From Vulcanimicrobiota bacterium (lineage in GTDB: Bacteria > Vulcanimicrobiota > Vulcanimicrobiia > Vulcanimicrobiales > Vulcanimicrobiaceae), in contig PLCF01000085.1 in assembly GCA_003135555.1 (NCBI GenBank), positions 160,164-224,163 on the forward strand: 64,000 nucleotides of DNA, in the 5' to 3' direction. This document shows positions 57,713 through 64,000 of the stretch, piece by piece. The position numbers and the translations under genes are program-made. Under the pieces are notes generated by a model that saw only the letters and a program-made list of their open reading frames with translations, made no database searches and was not told the DNA's origin. How positions within the stretch are numbered: position 1 is the first letter of the stretch; each line of letters starts with the position of its first letter.

Positions 57713-59062
57713 TCAGAGCGCGCCGATGGTGTTGGGCGTGCCCCAGCCCGTCGGTCCGTCTTGCCCCGGTGCGGCGGTGCAGTAGTAGGTCTGCGCAAGG
57801 CAGTACGTGCCGCCGCTGCCGTTGTTTCCCGACACGATGTCGTTGAGCGCGGCGGTGTGCGTGTACATGTAGTTGTTGGTGATCGACTGCCCGTTGAGCG
57901 CAACGCCGACGATCCCGGCGATGAGCGGCGCCGAGACGCTGGTGCCGCCGACGACGACCCACTGTTGACCCAGCGGCGCCAAGTAGCTGTCGTAGACGAA
58001 GACGCCGGTGTTCGGGTCGGCGACCGCCGAGATGTCGTTCCCGAACCGGAACCCGCAGTTCTGGTCGACCTGCCACGCGGGCTTGGGCTCGAACTTGCTG
58101 CAGCCGCCGCCCGTCCCGCTCCACGCCGTCTCGGTGAAAAGTCGCGCGCTGCCGACCGAGCGGTTGAGGGTCGTTCCGCCGACCGACATCACGTACTGCG
58201 AGATCGCCGGATAGTTGGGTCCGACGGTGCCCCCCGAGTCGCCGGACGAGGCGATGAACAGGTTGCCGCCGGCGCCCGGCGGGTTGGCACCGCTACTGAA
58301 AAATTGGTCGAGCGACAGCTGTTGGTCCGAGAGGCGCTCCACGTGGCCGAAGCTCATCGAGATCGCGTCGGGGTGGGCCGACGCGGCCAGCACGCCTGCA
58401 GCGTGGTAGAGGTTGGTCGTCGTATTGTCGTTGGCTTCGACTAAGTTGATGTTGCAGTGCGGGCACATCGCCGAGACCATGTCGAGGTCGAGCGACGTCT
58501 CCACGGCCCAGCCGCTGCCGCCGGCCGGGTCGGGCGGCGGATAGCGGCCGACCACGCCGTCCTGGTTGTACTTGTGGAAGCAGCCGTTGGCGGTCGAGCA
58601 CGTCGGCAGGTTGAAGGCGTTGCGATAGATCTGCAGATCCGCTTCGGCGGTGGGATCGTCGTACGCGTCGACGATCCAGATCGAATGCCCGGAGCCGCTG
58701 TAGACCGCGTCGAGATACGTGTTGTACGCCGTCCACAGGTCCATCGGGATGTACGGTGCGCCGCCCGGGTAGCTGCGAATCGCGCGGCTGCTCGCCGACG
58801 TTCCGACCTTGCCCGGCCCGACGACGCCCAGCGCGACGATGATCGAGTGGCACTGCTCGCGTCCGGGCTGCGGGACCGCGCACGCTGGGATCTGGGTGCC
58901 GAAAGCGACCGGTGCGCCGGTGAGTCGGTTCACGACGCCGGTCACGGTATCGCCGCCGTTGCCGGAGCCCGCCGCCGCCGGAACGACTTTTGACGCACCG
59001 CCCGCGCAGCCCGCGAGCAAGAGTGCGCTGAGGAACACCAATGAAATACGTCCGGTAATCAT
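57713..59062 (-). CDS. S53-family (sedolisin-like) peptidase lipoprotein
   Basis: Lipobox LAGC, ETSLD, SSGDSG, GGTSVSAP, DIVSGNN, DGPTGWG. Confidence 0.88.
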   Translation of the reverse strand: MITGRISLVFLSALLLAGCAGGASKVVPAAAGSGNGGDTVTGVVNRLTGAPVAFGTQIPACAVPQPGREQCHSIIVALGVVGPGKVGTSASSRAIRSYPGGAPYIPMDLWTAYNTYLDAVYSGSGHSIWIVDAYDDPTAEADLQIYRNAFNLPTCSTANGCFHKYNQDGVVGRYPPPDPAGGSGWAVETSLDLDMVSAMCPHCNINLVEANDNTTTNLYHAAGVLAASAHPDAISMSFGHVERLSDQQLSLDQFFSSGANPPGAGGNLFIASSGDSGGTVGPNYPAISQYVMSVGGTTLNRSVGSARLFTETAWSGTGGGCSKFEPKPAWQVDQNCGFRFGNDISAVADPNTGVFVYDSYLAPLGQQWVVVGGTSVSAPLIAGIVGVALNGQSITNNYMYTHTAALNDIVSGNNGSGGTYCLAQTYYCTAAPGQDGPTGWGTPNTIGAL

Positions 59063-59195
59063 ACCGTTTCGAACCTTTCCGAACCCAACGACGAGTATAG
59101 CGATGCCTTCCCGGGCGGACCCACTATAGCGTATTCTGGTCGGGTCGAGAAGGTCGAAACGGGGATTTTACCGACCCGCCATGCGCGGTCACGCG

Positions 59196-60260
59196 TCAGG
59201 CTCGGCTGTTCTCCTCGAGGAAACGTTCAAAATAGACCTCGTCGCAGACGTCGTTCTCGGGCTTGGGTACGACCGCTTGCGGCAGGAGCGCGGCGGGCGG
59301 TCGTTGCCCTTGCGCGGCGTAGGCGTGAAAGAACGACAGCATCACCCGGTCGACGGCCGGCGTGCTCACCGAACGCCGGTCGGGCTCGAAGCCGTCGTGC
59401 CCGTCGAAGCCGCCGGCGACGATCTCGTACGACGGGAAGTAGTCGACCGCTTCGTGCCGGCGGCGAATCTCTTCGGCCGCGACGCGCAGCACCGATTTCG
59501 ACCACACCGTGGACTGCACGACGTGCCGCGGTTCCATCGTCGCGGCCAGCGGGACCGGCGAGACGGTGAGGATGACGCGCAGACCGGGATTGAGGCGCCA
59601 CGCGATCTGCAAGAACGCTTCGAAGTAGCGCACGTTCTCGTCGACGGTCAGGTTTCTGAACGCATAGCGCTGCGCGTCGAAGGCCCCGATCCCGGCGCCC
59701 GGACACAGCGGCAGCGCGGTATCGTCCGCGGTGCAGCACCACGTCTCGGTGAGCCCCATGGTGAAGACGAAGACGTCGCTCTCGGCGAGCATGCGCCGCA
59801 CCGCCGCGAGGTGCTCGGCGCGATCGGCTTCGAGCTCGGCCGGCGACGCGAAGCCCTGCGGCTCGACGCGCGGCCGCAGCGGATCCACCACGCCGCCTTT
59901 GAACGGCCAGGGCGGCTCTTGCGGCGAAAACTCGCCCACCGCGCGCTGGACCAGCTGCAGCAGCTGCAGGGTCGTGTAGATGTCGCCGAAGCGGGCCGAA
60001 TAGGCGCCGAAGCTGCGCGCCGCCAGCTCCTCGGGCGTTTCCCACATCGGGCCCGGCTCGGTGACGAAGTAGTTGTATCCGGCGTCGCGCAGCCGTTCGG
60101 CGATGCGCTGCGCGAAGCAGCTGCCGGCCGACGAGATGCGCAGGTTGCGGTCGATCGTGAAGCGCGCGGCGTGTTGCGGGTCGATGAAGCCTTCGGGCCG
60201 ATCGGCGACCGCGCGCGCCCAGATCTGGAAGTTCGGCAACCCGGCGTAGGGAAACTTCAC
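59196..60260 (-). CDS. GSCFA-domain protein
   Basis: AGSCFA, TMGLTE, TVSPVPL, SKSVLR, YFPSYE. Confidence 0.88.
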   Translation of the reverse strand: MKFPYAGLPNFQIWARAVADRPEGFIDPQHAARFTIDRNLRISSAGSCFAQRIAERLRDAGYNYFVTEPGPMWETPEELAARSFGAYSARFGDIYTTLQLLQLVQRAVGEFSPQEPPWPFKGGVVDPLRPRVEPQGFASPAELEADRAEHLAAVRRMLAESDVFVFTMGLTETWCCTADDTALPLCPGAGIGAFDAQRYAFRNLTVDENVRYFEAFLQIAWRLNPGLRVILTVSPVPLAATMEPRHVVQSTVWSKSVLRVAAEEIRRRHEAVDYFPSYEIVAGGFDGHDGFEPDRRSVSTPAVDRVMLSFFHAYAAQGQRPPAALLPQAVVPKPENDVCDEVYFERFLEENSRA

Positions 60261-61075
60261 GGCACGCTCACCTCCAGGACCAGAGTGCGTAACTGCTGCA
60301 GCACCGCTTCGGCGCCTTCGGGGCCGAAATGCAACCCGTCGACGAGGTAGCCCGGCTTGACGACGTTGTCGTCGGTGACCTGTTCCCAGGTGTCGATGAA
60401 GATCGTATCCGATTGCGTGCAGTACGTGCGCAGCAGTGAGTTGATGAAGAGGTGCACGGCATAGCGGCTGCGCGCGCTGCAGCGCACGCCGGTCAAGCGG
60501 AAATACTCGTCGTCGTCGGGGGTGGGCGGCGGCAAGCTCGCCAGCGCGATCCGTTCGAGGCCCAGCCGCTTGAGCTTCTGCAACATCGAGAAGAGCGGGC
60601 GAAACGTCCGCACGATGCGCTCCTGCAGCACCGCGGCCGGGACCGGAGCGCCCGCGCCCGTCGACGGCAAGGCGGAGAGGTCGGCTTCGAACGGCAGCAA
60701 CGGTTCGGCGTCGCCCGGGATCGATGCAACGATCTCCCGCGCGTCGAGCTCGCCGGCGAGGAACAGGACGGGTGCGGTCTTGGCCAGGAAGCTCGCGGTA
60801 AAGTGCCGGTCGCCCAGTTTCACCTTCACGGCGTCGCCGGTGTAGTCGTACGACAGCGATCGCAACAGATGGAAGCCCGCCAATGCGGCGATGACGGCGG
60901 TATGCGGCTCACCGTCCGGTTGCAGGGCCGTGCGCGTCGACAGCCCTTGCACGCACCACGCCTGGCCGAACGTATCGGGCTCGCCGGTCGCCGGATCGAC
61001 CAGTATCAGCCCGTTGAGCGGGCCGCTATGGCTGTCACCGATGGCGCGGAGCGGACGCAGGTAGCGAAGCGGCAT
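60257..61075 (-). CDS. SGNH-fold hypothetical protein
   Basis: IGDSH, GELD, DGLH; similar to 32078-32914. Confidence 0.65.
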   Translation of the reverse strand: MPLRYLRPLRAIGDSHSGPLNGLILVDPATGEPDTFGQAWCVQGLSTRTALQPDGEPHTAVIAALAGFHLLRSLSYDYTGDAVKVKLGDRHFTASFLAKTAPVLFLAGELDAREIVASIPGDAEPLLPFEADLSALPSTGAGAPVPAAVLQERIVRTFRPLFSMLQKLKRLGLERIALASLPPPTPDDDEYFRLTGVRCSARSRYAVHLFINSLLRTYCTQSDTIFIDTWEQVTDDNVVKPGYLVDGLHFGPEGAEAVLQQLRTLVLEVSVP

Positions 61076-61129
61076 GTGAGGTCAAGACTACTGTGCGCCT
61101 CGGGCGCGCGCCTCCGCGAGCGAGCAGCC

Positions 61130-63037
61130 CTACGGTTCCGAGCTGCGAACGCGGTCCAGCTCGGCCGCGATCTCGCGCCGGCTGCGTTCGGTGCGAGCCA
61201 ACGTGTCGGTCAACTCCGCGATGCGCGCCGCGGCATGCTGATCGCGCTGTTCGGCGAGCATGCGTGCCTCACGGTTTTGTTCGGCCGTCCGGCCCAGCAC
61301 GGACTCGAGCCCGGCGCGGGCCGCGCGCTCCCTCGTCAACGCGACCGCGAGGTCCAGCCGTTCCTGTTCGAGGCTTTCCAGCGTCCGGCTCGGGCGTTCG
61401 AACGTCGCGTCGACCGCCAGCAGCAGGTCCCCGCCGCGCACCAGCACTTGGAAGTTGCGCTCGCGAGCCAGGAATTCGCCGCGGCGCGCGGCCTCGATCC
61501 CCGCCCGGTCGAAGAGCTCCTGCGGGTCGAGCACCCCCGCGATGAGCGCGTGGCGTTTCCACACGAAGTTCTCGAGTCCGCGCGAGAGCACGAAATCGGC
61601 TGAGACCGGATCAGAGCGCCGCCATTCCACGTCGATGAGCCACCACACACCCTCCGCGTCGCAAATCAAGTTGTCCAGCGTCAGGTCGAGGATCCCCGAG
61701 GTCAGGACCAGTCCGGGCGTACCGTCGTCACCGAAGCCGCGAACGCCGTTCGACGGACTCGAAAGGTCGCGCACCAGGCTTGCGAAGAGGCCGACCGCGG
61801 TGCGCGCTCCCTCGCGATCGTGCCGCAACAGCGCATCGACGAGGATCGACTCCAGGCTCGTGCCCGCGACGTAACGCACCTCCGCGGCGCCGTCGCGCAG
61901 CGTAGCCTGCGGGACGCGCAACGGCCCGGTGAGCACCTGCAGCGCTTGGTGGTGCGCGACGATCGCGGCGACGTGGGCGGCGCCCGAGGGCTCGAGCGCG
62001 CGTTTGCGCACGACGATCCCGGCGGCGGTCTCGACGATCCGCGTCTCGATGCGGTATTGAGGTAGGCGGCTGCGCGAGTAGCGCGCGAACAGCACGCTCT
62101 CTTCCGCGTCGCGCGCGACGGCGGGCGTGCCGCCGCGTTGCGCCACGACCAGAAACGAGTTGGCGAAGAAGGGGAAGGCCCCGCTCTGCGCGATGCCGTC
62201 GAGTACCGCGCGCTCGTCGAACAGACGCAGCCGCTCGCGATCCCAATTCGGGAACGGCCGTGCGATCTCGCCCGGCTCGGGGGGACGCTCCTCCGAGTAA
62301 ATGTCCTGGGGAAGCTTGTAGTCGGGCATCGGAAAGAAGAATTGCATCGAACCGAAACCGGCCCGCCGCAGCAGCTGCTCGATTCCGTGGCGGCCGTACG
62401 TCCGCACCGAGGCGCGCTGCACGTAGCCCTCGATCCCCTCGAAGGGCACGCCGGTGTGATCCTCCGGCGCGCCGGCCCAGTATTTGAGACCGAACCGGTT
62501 TTCGATCGCGATCATCAGCGTGCCGCCGGGCACCAGATGCTGCGCGACGACTTTGAGCAGGTCCGCGGCGGGATCGGGCCCCGGCATGAAGCTCGGAGCG
62601 TACTCCAGCACGCCGACGAGCGTCGCCAGGTCGAACGGCTCGCCGGCCGGGAGCGCGCGGACGTTGCCGACGGCGATGGTGAGGTTGCGGTGCGCCTGAT
62701 GGCGAGCCCCAACGATCTCGGCGCGCTTGCGCGAGAGCTCGACCGCCATGACCGCGCGCGTTCGTTCGCACAGCAGCCCGGTCAGCGCGCCGCAGCCGGC
62801 GCCGATCTCCAGCGTGCGCCACGCCGGATCGAACGGGAACCACTCGAGCAGGTTGCGGCGAACGTCGGACAAGTGGTAGAGCGCCGGCCAGCTCCGTTCG
62901 AGCGCGAGGATCTCGGCGGGCGTCTCACCGCGCCGCAAGCTCGCGAGGATGGCGTCCTCCACCGGTCCGTCGCTGTAGGAGTCGCTGCCCGCGCCCGGCA
63001 GCTCGATCAGCGGAACGCTCTCCTCGGCGCGCATCAC
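61130..63037 (-). CDS. Methyltransferase - kinase-like - coiled-coil protein (WbdD-like architecture)
   Basis: LEIGAGCG, GVLEY, IENRFGLKYWAG, PDYKLP; kinase-like VRK...YVAG...DLTLDNL...IDVEW; C-terminal heptads. Confidence 0.8.
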   Translation of the reverse strand: MMRAEESVPLIELPGAGSDSYSDGPVEDAILASLRRGETPAEILALERSWPALYHLSDVRRNLLEWFPFDPAWRTLEIGAGCGALTGLLCERTRAVMAVELSRKRAEIVGARHQAHRNLTIAVGNVRALPAGEPFDLATLVGVLEYAPSFMPGPDPAADLLKVVAQHLVPGGTLMIAIENRFGLKYWAGAPEDHTGVPFEGIEGYVQRASVRTYGRHGIEQLLRRAGFGSMQFFFPMPDYKLPQDIYSEERPPEPGEIARPFPNWDRERLRLFDERAVLDGIAQSGAFPFFANSFLVVAQRGGTPAVARDAEESVLFARYSRSRLPQYRIETRIVETAAGIVVRKRALEPSGAAHVAAIVAHHQALQVLTGPLRVPQATLRDGAAEVRYVAGTSLESILVDALLRHDREGARTAVGLFASLVRDLSSPSNGVRGFGDDGTPGLVLTSGILDLTLDNLICDAEGVWWLIDVEWRRSDPVSADFVLSRGLENFVWKRHALIAGVLDPQELFDRAGIEAARRGEFLARERNFQVLVRGGDLLLAVDATFERPSRTLESLEQERLDLAVALTRERAARAGLESVLGRTAEQNREARMLAEQRDQHAAARIAELTDTLARTERSRREIAAELDRVRSSEP

Positions 63038-63092
63038 GTCCCCACATCAGCGTCCGCTCGCTGTTTCCCCTGCGCGCCGCCGAGGCGGCAAG

Positions 63093-64000
63093 TTACCCGC
63101 AGGCCGTGCGGCACAGCTCCGCGACCCGCTCGATGGCCGCTAAGGAAAGGTCGGGCGAGCACGGCAGGCCCAGCGTCACCGCGGCGAGCGCGTCGGTCAC
63201 GGGGAGCGGCAAGGACGGATATCCCGCGAAGGCGCGTTGCCGGGCGAGCCCATCGCCCCACCATCGGCGAGTCGCGATACCGTGTGACGCGAGGGCGTCT
63301 TCGACGGTCTCGAGGCGGGCGGTAGGCACTTCCACGATCGCCGTCGCGGACACCCACTCGGTGCCGTAGCCGGCCGCGAACCGGACCGCAGGAACGCTCT
63401 CGAACGCTGCCAGATAGGCGCGCGCAACGCGCTCGAACGCGGCCCGCGTCGCGGGCCACTCGTCCAGTGCCGCAAGACCGACCGCGGCCGAGTACTCCGG
63501 CAGCTTCGCGTTGATCGCCGCGCTGCGGGCTTCACGAGAGTCGACAAAGCCGAAGTTGAATCGCGCCCGAATGCGGTGGACGAGCGCCGCATCGGTACAC
63601 GCGACGAAGGCTCCTTCGCCGATGCCGAGCACCTTGGTCGCGTGCAGGCTCACCACCGTGGGAACCGGCGAGGCGCGCACGACGTCGAAGGCGGCCGCGG
63701 CGTCGAGCACCACCGGCAAGCCGGTGACCCGCGTGAACGCATCCCACTCCGCGGTAGCGACCGGGCTCCCGAACGGGGAGACAGCGACAATCGCACCCAA
63801 CGGTCGTGGTGCTGCAGCTGCGAATCGCGAGGCCGCCGCGGCGCGCAGCATCCCGTCTGCATCGACGTCAACGAGCCACGGCACGAGCCCTGCGCCGACA
63901 ATGGCGTGGCCCGAAGCGGCAAACGTCCAGGCCGGAACCATGCAGAGACTCCCGGCCGGGATCCCCAGCGCCATCAGCGTTGCGGTGAGCGCCGCGGTTG
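63093..64000 (-). CDS. DegT/DnrJ/EryC1/StrS sugar aminotransferase (5' truncated by window edge)
   Basis: PAWTFAAS, DAAAAF, SLHATKVLGIGEG, NAKLPE, LGLP. Confidence 0.88.
   Translation of the reverse strand, partial: TAALTATLMALGIPAGSLCMVPAWTFAASGHAIVGAGLVPWLVDVDADGMLRAAAASRFAAAAPRPLGAIVAVSPFGSPVATAEWDAFTRVTGLPVVLDAAAAFDVVRASPVPTVVSLHATKVLGIGEGAFVACTDAALVHRIRARFNFGFVDSREARSAAINAKLPEYSAAVGLAALDEWPATRAAFERVARAYLAAFESVPAVRFAAGYGTEWVSATAIVEVPTARLETVEDALASHGIATRRWWGDGLARQRAFAGYPSLPLPVTDALAAVTLGLPCSPDLSLAAIERVAELCRTACG

Noticed and set aside
331-63988. Many long alternative-frame and antisense ORFs (e.g. 331-1884, 9513-11588, 12508-13671, 21029-22702)
   Set aside because: Arg/Ala/Pro-rich shadows of motif-bearing genes, expected at high GC.
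63093-64000. DegT aminotransferase as the LmbS equivalent of the octose module
   Set aside because: It is 20 kb away in another operon and truncated, so no link can be supported (though not excluded).

Overview
High-GC bacterial window with no rRNA, tRNA, CRISPR or transposase recognised. The lipoprotein S53 proteases and promoter style loosely suggest a Terrabacteria lineage such as Eremiobacterota, but this is a weak inference. Most of the 64 kb is a large cell-surface glycan region. It contains Wzm/Wzt export, many GT2/GT4 and membrane GT-C-like transferases, UDP-GlcA/UDP-Xyl enzymes, rmlBAD plus a distant rmlC-like gene, a CDP-glucose branched-sugar module, at least six methyltransferases (two with WbdD-like coiled coils), an acyltransferase and SGNH/GSCFA proteins. 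An ECF sigma/anti-sigma operon, an aminotransferase and three lipoprotein proteases interrupt it. Best candidates for undescribed biology: (1) a 35.7-43.3 kb module whose gene families match the lincomycin GDP-octose pathway (LmbR/N/P/K/O/M/L/Z) but with an SDR instead of the aminotransferase, next to a polyprenol-phosphate GT2 + DUF2304 + GT-C set, suggesting a C8-sugar surface glycosylation system; (2) two tandem tectonin-propeller lipoproteins with swapped protease domains, one a sedolisin whose propeptide-like domain is C-terminal. All calls come from reading motifs by eye; no database searches were run.
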